Below, piece by piece: positions 23,115 through 33,646 of a stretch of 64,000 nucleotides of DNA. A program made the position numbers and the translations under genes. How positions within the stretch are numbered: the stretch's first letter is position 1; every line of letters starts with the position of its first letter. Source of the stretch: Hyaloraphidium curvatum SAG 235-1 (Eukaryota; Fungi; Monoblepharomycota); assembly GCA_025558095.1 (NCBI GenBank), contig JAIVFI010000039.1, forward strand, positions 372,001 through 436,000, given 5' to 3'. The notes under the pieces are model-generated. The model searched no databases and was not told the origin of the DNA. It saw only the letters and a program-made list of their open reading frames with translations.

Positions 23115-23740
23115 CGTCCTAATGGTGGTGGTTGACGGTGGAACTTTCCGGCAGAAATGGGGCGACGGACCCGCGATCCCATCGCTGCCCGGAGAGCGGC
23201 CTCCCGCGAGGCAACGAGGAAGCACCCCGCCCGCACCAACCACGGGGTCCTTTGCGCCTTGCTTCTTTGCGCAGCCGAATCGTTCTGCGGGGTTGCGGCG
23301 AACCGCACGGCACGGAACCCACCATCCCAGTCCATCGCTCCCCCCGAAGGCCGGGCAAGGCCGGACCGCAAAACGAGGTTCGAAGCAATGAGATCGGCCG
23401 GGCATCTGTTTGGCGGCTGCATGCGGGGGGCGGATGCAGGCTGTCGGCCCGATCCCGGACGCGGGCTTCCGTCCATTCCTTCAAGAGCCCCGCGCGACCG
23501 ACAAAGCAGCTCCGCCGCACCCAGATCCCATCTGTCCCCATCTTCTCCCGTGCCGTGCGCTGCGTGCAGCGTTCGATCCTGCCCCAGATCTGGCGCGAAG
23601 CCCCGTGTTTGCGCGCGGGATTTCCGCCTAGTCCCCACTCTAACCCCCGGGGGGCGCCTTAGAGCCGCCGACGCTTTTCTCCACCGCCGCCATAAAGCGC
23701 GCCGAAGCTCCAAAGACCCGCTGCCCATCACGCCCCCGCG

Positions 23741-26557
23741 ATGTCCTTGCCCGGTGCGCCCGCGGCGGAGGGCTCGCCCGGGCCGGACGGCGCAGGCGTA
23801 CCGGCGGTGGCGGGGCCCGTGCCGCCGCCCATCGTTCTGGTGGAACCGGGGCACCCGCAGTACATGTGGCCGTCGCAGCGACGGGCGCGGCTGGAGCTGG
23901 CGGCGCAGAGGAAGCGCGGGGCGCAGCAGGCGCAGGCTGCACCGGCGGGCCCGCAGCCGCCGACGGGGGCCGCCCCCGACGGGCAGCCCGCGGGAGAGGG
24001 GCCGCCGCCGCCCGCCGCGCCCGCGCCCGCCGCCCCGGCTCTGCCCGTCCCGCCGCCGCCCGAGCGGCGCGTGGTCGCCGACGCCCCGCTCGTCGTCAAG
24101 AAGCGCGCGCGCGGCCCCGCGATGGGCGCGTCGGGCGGGCAGGGCGCCCCCGCGCCCACGCCGCGCCCCGTCACGCTGCACCTGCCGATGCCGCTGCCGA
24201 TGCCGCCAAACGCGCTGGTGCTGCCCGGCGCCGCGGACATCCCGCTGCTGGCGCAGGCCGCTGCCGCCCGGCAGGACCCGGAACCACATGAAGTCAACGG
24301 GCACCCCCCTCCCGCGGTGCCCGAACCCCCCGCCCCGCGCGGCCCCGTGCCGCCGCAGCCAGGCCCGCAGCCGCCCAAGCCGCGCCAGCCAAAGCGCCGC
24401 CGCGACCGCCAGCCGGCCCCGGACCGCCGCGTGGCCGTGCCCCCGCTGGCATTCCCCGAGCGCGCCGACAACGAGGCCGGCCTGCGCAACCTGATGGTGT
24501 TCTACGAGGCCGCCCGCAAGCAGGTGACATGCGGCCGCACTGTTTTCGGCTCCTTGTTCACTTTTTGACCGCGTCCCCCCTTGTCATCAGATCCAAGCGT
24601 GGGGCCCCGAGGCCACCTGGCGCATCGACCTCGTCCTCGACCCCCCCGCCCCCTCCCGCGCCCCCACCCCCCCTCCCGAACCGCTGTACCACACCCTCCC
24701 TGGCCCCCCCGCCCCCGTCCCGATCCCCATCCCCCTCGGCCCGACGGAGCTCCTCCCCCCCGTGGACTTCCCCGCGCCGCCGACGGACCCCACCCTCGCG
24801 CACCGGATCCACCTCGAGGCGATGCCCCGCGCGCTGGCGCTCGAGTCGCGGCCGGGGGCCAGGGCCGACCCCGAGATGCTGGGGTTCGCGGAGTGGGCGG
24901 TGCCGTGGGGCGAGATCGTGCTGCCCGCCGCCGCCGAGGGGCGCAGGGGGGGGGTGAGGGGGGAGGAGATGCTGGCCTACGCGCAGGGCGAGGTCAGGAG
25001 GCTGGAAGCCGAGGTGCGTTGCTTCGTTGCGGCCGTCTGCGGCGAGAGCGGGTGCTGATGTGCGGTCCGCTGCGGGGACAGCTCGAGGTCACCCGCATGC
25101 GCGCGCTGGTCAACGACTCGCACCACGCCGCCGACCGCGCCGTGCTGCTCTCCCGCTTGCACGCCTACGCGGAGCGGTGCGCGCTGCTCGAGCGCGAGAT
25201 CCGCCGCCGCGACGCGCGCCTGGCGATGGGCGTGCGCGGCGGGCCGGTCGTGGTGCGCGAGCCCGTCCCCGGTGCGTTTGCAGGCGGGGGGTGGGGCGGG
25301 CTGGGCGCGCTGGCGGAGGCGGCGGGGGACAGCGAGGGCGGGGAGGGGTGGGAGCCCGGGGAGGCGAGCGGGAGCGAGGGGGAGAGGCCGGTCAGGAGGC
25401 AGCCGCTGCGGGCCGCGAGGATGGGGGAGGTTCCGGAGATGCAGGTGCAGCCGGGGCAGCTTGCTGGGGAGGACGACGGCGAGGACGGGGAGATGGAGGT
25501 CGCGGCGAGGTTGCTGGCCAGGGCGGCGGAGCACCCGCTCCCGCCCGAGGAGCCGCGGCGCCGTCCCCCGAAGCCGAGCGGGGGGCCCAAGCCGCCCTCC
25601 GGGAGGAAATCGCTGCGCCGGACGGGGTGGGCGGAAAAGGCGGGGGCCAAGGTGCTCAAGCCGGACCTGCCGAGCGGGGTGGGGCCCAAGAAGATGAAGA
25701 AGACGGGGCTGCTGGCCAAGTTCGAGCGGGACATGGCGGGCATGCACCCGGGGGAGGAAAGCCTGGGGATGGGGGCGGGGTACGGGTACGCGTTCGCGCC
25801 CGGGCCGCAGGGCGGGGACGTGCGGAGCGCGGCGGAGAGGATGAGGGAGCGGATGCGGAGGATCGTGGACAGCCAGCCGGGCTCGCGCGCCGGGAGCGAA
25901 GGGCCGAGCCTCGAGGCGTCGGAGGAGGACGAGGGGGAGGAAGGCGAGGAGGAGGCGCGGCCACGCGGGCGGGGGTTCGCGATCGCGTTCGGGAGCGACG
26001 ACGAGGACGAGGAGGAGGAGAGGGCGGCGCGGAGGGCGAGGCAGAGGGAAAGGGAGAGGGAGGCGAGGAGGGAGAGGGAAAGGGAAAGGGCCGAGGCGCT
26101 CGCGGCCATGGAGGACTTCACCCCTGCGGGATCGGGTGCGGTGACGCCCGAGGACGCCTCGGACGACGCGCGGGAGACGTACGGGTACACGGGCCGCACG
26201 CCGCCCGGCTCCGTGATCCGCCGCAAGAAGCGCCGCGAGCCCAGGGAGCGCCCGCCGCCCGTCGAGAGCCGGCGCGACATGCCCACGCGCGCGGCACGGC
26301 CGACGTTCGACGCCGCGAGCCACCGCCGCCTCAGTTCGCGCAGGTCGCCGGGCCAGGAGAGCGAGGAGGAGGTGCCGGAGGAGCCGCTGGCGGTGGTGAT
26401 GACGGACGAGGGGCCGGGGGTGGTGATCGAGGAGGCGTTCGGGGTGCTGGATTTCGATCCGCACGAGGTGGCGGGCATCCTGACGCGCAGGGCCGAGGAG
26501 GAGGAGAAGGCGAGGGAGCAGAGGGCGCAGGGGCACAAGAGGGTCAAGTACACGTAG
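23741..26557 (+). CDS. Hypothetical Pro-rich/acidic-basic protein with a coiled coil (probably nuclear), 2 introns
   Basis: Exons at about 23741-24523, 24591-25013 and 25082-26557, joined by GT..AG introns. Coiled coil RCALLEREIRRRD, basic clusters RRKKRRE and HKRVKY. No family recognised. Confidence 0.6.
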
Positions 26558-26742
26558 GGGAAGGATCTTTGGGTAATGGAACGATGAATGGGCGGATCGA
26601 TCAACGGCCAGAGCCGAGGCGCGGCATTGACGTGCGAGAGAACCGGCGGAGTGGCGGGAGAGTGACCGGTTGCCAAGCCGGCAAGGGGACCATCGCCTGG
26701 AGGTCTCGCAGGATCGTTTGCCCGTTTGCACCGGCGAGTCGA

Positions 26743-28347
26743 ATGGACGGAGACGATGGCGACGGCGGGCTCTCCGCCCGGCAGCCCGACGTTGAGCGCG
26801 GCGCGACGGACCCGAAGGCGGCCGCCGACATGCAGGCCGGCGGCCCGGAGGCCGAGTCGCTGTCGGACGACGAGTGGCTCGTGCTGTTTGCCATGCCGGT
26901 CGACCCGATGGTGCCGGGCGGCACGCGGCCGCTGGACGAGCGGGCGGCCGACCCCGTCGCGGCGCCGCGGGAATCCGACCCGCTCACGCGCCGCACGCTG
27001 GCGGAGCTCTTCCGCGGTGCAGGCTTCGGCTTCCTCGCCGCGCTCAGGCAGATGCACGCGTCCAACGCCTGGATACTGAAGGCCTTTCTCGGCTTCGAGG
27101 TGCTCGCGCTCCCGGTGCTACTGGCGCTCCTCTGGACGGGCCTGAACGCGCCGGCTTCCTACGGGCGGGCCAAACTGATCGTCGGGCTCGTCGGGGCCGG
27201 AGCAGTGGTCACCGTGCGCCTCGCGGTGTACTTCTGGACCGCAGCCGCGCTTGTGGCTTCAATGGCGGCCGCGGCGGCCGCGGACCCGCAGGCTACCGAG
27301 CGGGATCGTCTCGCCACGCGTTCCAACATGCTTTTCCGGGCGCGGTGGATCCAGCTCCAAGAGCGTATGAGGGTTTCGGACACCGGCCGCGTTTCCGTGC
27401 TCCTCGTCCACGACCCGCTCGACGGCCTCTGCTCGTGCCCGCGGTGCGCATCGCCCCTCATCCGGCAGGACGTGTGGTTCCGGCTTGTTCCGGACCTCAT
27501 CGTGGACTTGCTCTTTATCGCGGCGATCTTTGTCCTCCTGCTGTGGACCCCCGCGGTCGTGCTGCCCGGATTTTGGAGCTCCTGGGGCGTCGTCGGGTTC
27601 GCGTTTGCCGTGTTCCATGTCATCGGGGAAGCCCTGTCGTACACAATCAGGCTCACTCTCGTGGAGACCGCCCCGGGGAGCCTGTTTGCCCGCCGCATGG
27701 TGCACCGGGCGCTGTCTGCATCCCTACGATCCTTCGTGAGGCGCTGCCGCGCACAGCTGGCGAAGGAGAAGACGACGGCCCGGAGCGACGAGCCTTCGAT
27801 GATCCAGGGGCGCGGCGAGCTCCACGTGCGCATCCTGACGGGTCTCGACCACGACTGGACGGGGCTCTTTTCGGGCATCGAGCTGTATCGCCGCTGGATG
27901 CTGGTCACCTGGCCCCTGTGCGCCGCCATCCTCGTCGCGAGCCTCACCGTCGGCCCGTGCATATGCAGCTACCAGATCGCCGCATTCGCCTTCAACGTCT
28001 GGACCGGCCTGCGCGAGATGCTCGTCGTCGCGTCGTTCAACCTCCGCGCCGACGACGTATCGGTGCTCTGCCACCAGGCGGCGCTGGCCGCGGACGGGAT
28101 CGCCGTTGACGCCTGCGCGCGGGGCACGCCGGACCCGGCGGCGCTGGAGGCCGTCCGCGGGCACGCGAGGCTGCTCCGCGGGTTCGCGGCGTCGCTTTCG
28201 AGGCACAGGGGGAGGATCCTCGGGGCCGCGGTGTCGTTCGGGACCGTCAGGGTCGTGGCGGTGACGCTGGTCACGGTCGGGTTCGCCCTGATCGGGGCCA
28301 TGCGCGGGTTCAGGGTGACCATCACCCTCGAGACGGTCTGTACGTGA
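26743..28347 (+). CDS. 7-TM membrane protein, divergent family member C (GRL/7TMIC-like)
   Basis: Intronless, 534 aa. Motifs DEWLVLF, DPLTRRTL, ARWIQLQ, DGLCSCPRC, GPCIC and RILGAAVSFGTVRVVAVTLVTVGFALIGAMRG..ETVCT. Confidence 0.8.
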   Translation: MDGDDGDGGLSARQPDVERGATDPKAAADMQAGGPEAESLSDDEWLVLFAMPVDPMVPGGTRPLDERAADPVAAPRESDPLTRRTLAELFRGAGFGFLAALRQMHASNAWILKAFLGFEVLALPVLLALLWTGLNAPASYGRAKLIVGLVGAGAVVTVRLAVYFWTAAALVASMAAAAAADPQATERDRLATRSNMLFRARWIQLQERMRVSDTGRVSVLLVHDPLDGLCSCPRCASPLIRQDVWFRLVPDLIVDLLFIAAIFVLLLWTPAVVLPGFWSSWGVVGFAFAVFHVIGEALSYTIRLTLVETAPGSLFARRMVHRALSASLRSFVRRCRAQLAKEKTTARSDEPSMIQGRGELHVRILTGLDHDWTGLFSGIELYRRWMLVTWPLCAAILVASLTVGPCICSYQIAAFAFNVWTGLREMLVVASFNLRADDVSVLCHQAALAADGIAVDACARGTPDPAALEAVRGHARLLRGFAASLSRHRGRILGAAVSFGTVRVVAVTLVTVGFALIGAMRGFRVTITLETVCT

Positions 28348-28808
28348 AAGGCAGCTTGCGGAGGGTACGGAGACTCGCGCCGATAGTACCTGAGTACCAC
28401 ACCACCTTTGCCAGCCAAATTTAAGGAGAATGGCGAAACATAGAGTCAAAGAGCCCCGCACGCCTCCCTCTGGCTCGGCAGTCGCCGAAGTTGAATTGAT
28501 CCACCTGCTAACCCGAGCCCGACGAGGGTTCGCTCGGTTCACTCGCGCCGGGGAGACACGGAGGGATGGCCCGGTCGCTAGGTAGCGATGTAGGTCGAGG
28601 TGATGGGGTCTGGCGTTATGCCAGCGGGGCGGAGTAGAGGTTGTCGCGCGCGCCCGTCCCTCCTTCATTCGGCGGAGGTGGGCCTGCCGCCTTGGCGCAT
28701 CGAGGCGTTTCACACGCCCACGGTCCAATCCGCGCTGGTTCGACCGCAGGGTCGAGAGTGAGGACGCGAGTGGAGGGGACCGCAGGCCCAAAAGTAACAA
28801 CTCCAATA

Positions 28809-29961
28809 ATGCTGGGCCACGCGGAGCTCGGGCCGGACGACGGGCCCTTCTCCAGCGACGACGACTGGCACTCTGCATTGGGAGAGCCCGAGCCGGCGCG
28901 CTCCGCGGCTCTCCCGCCCGAGCTGCTTCGCGAAATCTTTGCCCTCCTCGCGCGGACGGGCAGACGCCGAACGCTGCTGGAGTGCGCGCTGGCGTCTCGC
29001 GCCGCCGCCGAGCTCGCGTTCCCGGAGCTGCTGCGCGACTTGAAGCCGTCCGACGGGCACTTTCCCTCCCTCGGCGACGCGCTCGCTGGAAGAGGCTCGC
29101 TGGTGCGCTCGCTGTTTCTCGACTGCGGACAGCTCGGCCACGGCCGCATTGCCGAATGCCTTTCGGCATGCACTTCGGTGCGGTCCCTCATTCTCGTGCT
29201 CAAAGCCGGCGCCGACGGCCCCGGCGGCGCCGCGGCCGACGCGTTGGCGCTGGTCGGCCGGATGACCGACCTCGAGAAGCTGGTGCTGAACCTCTTCGCG
29301 CCTGCCATCGACCTATCCCGGATTTCCCTGTCGGCGCGGCTGCGCGACCTGCACGTGCTGGTCGGTTGGAAGCTCTCGGCGGGGGACGCGACCGCCTTGC
29401 GGACCGCCGTGGAAGCGCTCCCCAACTCCCGAGCGGATAGCCCTTTCGCTCAAGAGAAAGTCGGAGCCTCTCTTTCGGGAGTCACAGCTGGCGCCCTCTG
29501 TCGTTTCCTGCCTCCGCCACCTGAGCATCCGCGCGGATGAAGCATCCCTGTGCGACTATTTGTTTTCCGACCCCGGCCTGAGGCTCGAGAGCCTCAGCCT
29601 CGCGTTCCGGAGGCCCCTGCACGTCAGCCGCTCCAGCATGCCGGCCTCGCTGGCCTCGCTCCGGGGCATCGGCTTCCTCAGGCTTTCGGGGAGCGACTCG
29701 GCGTCCGTGCACCGCCTCCTCTGCAAGCTCCCGGATGCAGCGACGCTGTGCCTGAACAGGCTTGTGTACTCGAGCGACGCGCGGAAGCTGGATCACTTGG
29801 ACGCGGAGCTCCGCCGCAAGTACAAGCGGGTGAAGTTGCGCGAGGGTTGCTTCCGCCACAGCGATGCGGACCGCGAGGCGGAAATGTGGGAGAGGATCAC
29901 AGGGCAGCGGCTCGTGCTAGGGGAAGCTGCGGCAGAGGCGATGGATGTGACGCCGCCCTAG
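28809..29961 (+). CDS. F-box/LRR-like protein with an apparent frameshift near 29428 (pseudogene or assembly error)
   Basis: F-box-like LPPELLREIFALL...TLLECALASR and LRR-like units (CTSVRSLIL, MTDLEKLVL, RLRDLHV). The LRR pattern continues in another frame (ERIALSL...CLRHLSI...RLESLSL). Confidence 0.65.
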
Positions 29962-30357
29962 ACGGTTCGTCGCCGGTGGTCCGGTATAGGACTGTAACGT
30001 ACATATGCGATGCTTCGGTCTTGTGAGGAAAGTTACAGTTGAGAACGAGCTTCAGTGAGAGGCACGGTCGTGAACACTAGGGTGCTCAACGCGCTAGTTT
30101 TCCCGGGAGCGAGGCTCCTTGCCAGAAAGACGTACCCCCCTCGGGGGCATCTCCGCATGTGATGACGATCCAACAGGTCTCCGTCGAGCAGGCACACATA
30201 TGGCTTTGTGAGTCGGCGCCTCAAGTTTCGTTTTGGCGCCGCGCCGCTGGCGGTGGGCGGCGGTGGCGACTGTGGCAAGAAGGGACCCGAGTGACCGCCC
30301 CGGCCGTGTCTCCCGCCGGTCAAGCAGTCCATATCCCATTGCCCATCGCCCACCGCC

Positions 30358-32876
30358 ATGAGCAACCTCAACCAGGGAGGACGGCCCGTCGTCGGCGTCG
30401 TGAGCATCGCCGCGGCCTCTTTTCTCCCCCTCCCCTGACCGCGGCCTTCACGGCAGATCGGCACCGGCTTCTCGGGCATCGCCGTGGCCGCCAACCTCGA
30501 GCGCCGCCTGGGGCTTGACGAAGGCTCGATTGTCATCTTCGAGAAGAGCCAGGGCATCGGCGGGACGTGGAGGCACCAGCGTTACCCCGGAGCGTGGGTC
30601 GGCCCCAGGGAACTCGGCGGACCGGCGCTCATCCTCAACCCGTTTTTCAGGGCCTGCGATGTTGCTGCTCACTACTGTGAGCCCCGTTGACCCGTTTTCA
30701 TCGAATCCATCACTCACTCCCGACTCCCGGCTCCTTCTCCTCGCCTTGTCCCCTCGCCCCCCACCCCCTACTGATTACAGACAGCTTGAGCTTCGAGCTG
30801 AACCCCGACTGGTCGTGCGAGTTCCCCCCGCGCGCCGAGCTCAAGGCCTACATGGAGCGCGTCTTCGAAAAGTACGGCGTCGGCAAATACGTGCGCTTCA
30901 ACACCGAGATCCTGGAGGCGAGGTGGAACGAGGAGGAGGGTCTCTGGGAGCTCAAGTACAGGTGCGTGCCCCGCGTGTCTTGCCGCCGTGATCCGGGCCA
31001 CTGAACGGCGTGCGCCCATTCAGGGAGTTTGCCCCGCCGCAGACTCCCGAGGAGAAGGACCGCGTCGAGGGCGAGGGGCAGTGGGGCCAGCTGGCGCCCC
31101 GCCAGGTCGTGAAGGAGGGCGTCTTCAAGTGCAACGTCTTCTACAACTCGGGCGGGGCCTTCACGAGGCCTTTTGCCCCGGACTACCCTGGAGTGGACTC
31201 GTTCAAGGGCCAGTACATCCACACCGTGGAGTGGGATGACGCCGTGCCGCTCGAGGGCAAGAGGATCGCCGTGGTCGGCACCGGCCCCTCGGCCCTGCAG
31301 GTCGTGTCTCAGGTCACTCGCAAGGCCAAGCAGCTGGACGTGTACCAGCGGACCGCGGCCTGGATCTTCCCGCAGAACCAGGCTCCCTTCACGGAGGAGC
31401 AGAAGGCCATCTGGAGGGCCGACCCGGCGGCGCTGATGGCAAAGAGGCAGGCGCTGATGGACGGCGGCGAGGGTCTTTGGACTACGATCGAGGACGTGGA
31501 TGGCCCTACGCACACCGCGTTCAAGCAGGTCCTGCTCGACTGTGGGTGTTCGCGGCTGCTTTGGTTATTCGACCGCGCGGACTGATTTCCGCGTGCTTGC
31601 AGACCTGAAGTCCAAGTGCCAGAAGCCTGGCCTGTACGACAAGCTGGTTCCCAACGCAAGTAGCCCCGGCTGCCTGCCCTCGCGGTGTCTTACACGCTCC
31701 GCAGTTCCCCATCGGCTGCAAGCGCTTCCTGATCGACTGCGGCTACCTCGACGCCCTCAACCTCGACAACAGCGAGCTCATCGTGGACCCGATCGCCAGC
31801 TTCACGGAGAAGGGCATCCGCGCCAAGAACAAGAAGACTGGGGAGGAGACGGAGCGGGAGTACGACATCATCATCTGGGCCACGGGTTGGGGCAGCTTCG
31901 CATTCGGCAGGGCCTTCCCGGTCTACGGGATCGGCGGCGTGGAGCTTTGGGACTACTGGAAGAAGGCTGGGAACCCGACGGCTTAGTGAGTGCCGCTTTG
32001 CCGCGCGGAGATGCGTCATCTGATTTGGAGACCACCCTCGCCCAGCCTCGGTGCCATGTGGGTGCCATATTCGCCCGGTGGGGTTCCCGACTCGCTAACC
32101 GTTCCATCATAGGACCCATGGTTTCCCTGGAATGATTTACACGTGCGGTCCGGTGAGATTTGAGGCGTTTAACGCTTTCGGACGAACCTGACGGATGACG
32201 ATTCAGAATGGCACGACGTTCGACAGCTTCGTGGAGATGATTGAGATCAGGATCGATTTCCTCGTAAGTGTTCTTGAAGGTGAGCTTTCGTCCGCGCTGT
32301 TGCTGGATTGCACCTGAACGACCTGGATCAGAGATGAAGCGGCGGCAGGCGCAGTGGCTCATGCCGCGCGAGGATGTCCAGCTTGCCTGGACGCGGATCG
32401 TTAACGAAGCCGGACGCCTGAGCCCGTTCGGCGGCAACTGCATCTCATACTACAAGTTCACTTGGAACGCGTGGGAGGAGGCCGGAAAGCAGTGAGTGTT
32501 TGCAGGCGTGCGGTGCTTGAGATCCTCACCCCGACATCCCTTACGCAGGGGCGGCGGCCACATCGGCAAACAAGCCGAAGCGTACAAGAAGTTCTCGAAC
32601 CCCGGATTCTACCCCGGCACGACGTCGGAGTACCGCAGCCAGCTCGACCACGTCGACTGGGAGTCGACCTTCGAGTTCGGCGCCAAGTCGGTGCCGTGGG
32701 AGTTCCCCGAGCCCCCGAAGGAGCCCTTCAACGCGCACTATCTGCAGCGCCCCAAGGAGATCCGCAGCAAGGCCGACTCGCTGGTCCGGAGGCTGATCGA
32801 GGAGGACCCGGAGCGGGAGCTGCTCCGGAAGGCGTTCCACGGCCTGTACCTCGAGACCACGGCGCCGTCCGCCTGA
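30358..32876 (+). CDS. Baeyer-Villiger/flavin-containing monooxygenase, multi-exon
   Basis: Motifs IGTGFSG, GGTWRHQRYPG/ACDV, FKGQYIHTVEWD, VVGTGPSALQ, YQRTAAW, GCKR and WATGW. Numerous GT..AG introns. Confidence 0.9.
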
Positions 32877-33013
32877 TCTACTGCTTAGATGAGAGTTTTT
32901 GTACATGCAGAGAGAGCTTTGGTCACAACTCAGTGATGAGCCGGTGTTGGGCAACTTGCAGAGAGCGTCCGCGCCCAACAACAACCAACTCTCGGCTTCG
33001 CGAACGTTCTCGA

Positions 33014-33063
33014 GAGCCATTGCCGCGCAATAGTTTCGGAGCCATTGCCGCGCAATAGTTTCG
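33014..33063. repeat. Perfect 25-bp tandem duplication containing an ATTGC-N3-GCAAT inverted repeat
   Basis: GAGCCATTGCCGCGCAATAGTTTCG occurs twice, in intergenic DNA. Confidence 0.9.
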
Positions 33064-33646
33064 CGGAGTCGATGGAAACGGCACCGTTTCGTGACTCACG
33101 GGGTATTTCGGGCGGGACCTGTCTACGGACGCGGTGCGGACGCGTGGATTCGACGCTTCAACAGAAGCTCCTGCTCATGTCGAACTCTGGCATCGGGACG
33201 CCCCATAGAACGCGAAATTATTGAAAGCTGAATGCGGTATTGAACATCGACTCCTTCTCTGTTGCCATTGGGCGCAGACTCGACTTGCTCAAGCGGTCGT
33301 TTGGCGCGCCGTGGGCTTACTCTCCTCCACACACATCGGGAATTCATAAATCTGCTAAAGAATGTCACCGAAACGCTGGGCATCTTGGCCGCTCCTGCGT
33401 GCTGTGGGATCCTTTCGCTTCGGCTGGTCTGGGCAACCGTGCTCGCCTCGCAAACAATCTCGAATCATTCTCGCAATTCCAGGCGCACCCCGGACGGAGA
33501 GTCCTGTGTCGCTTCGCGCCAGCTGGCGGCTTGCGTTTTGCCCCCAAGTGGCCGGATTTTGACCGTCTCTCCGAGCGATGGTTGCGGTGGCAACCCCGGG
33601 AAGCGACCCCAGGGCGGGCGATGTTCGCGTCCCGGGACGCACCCCA

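Noticed and set aside
9547-28347. Very long Arg/Pro/Gly-rich ORFs (e.g. 12540-15101, 9827-11509, the 5' part of 25027-28347) as overlapping genes
   Set aside because: These are shadow frames expected from very high GC3 on real genes. They show no motifs.
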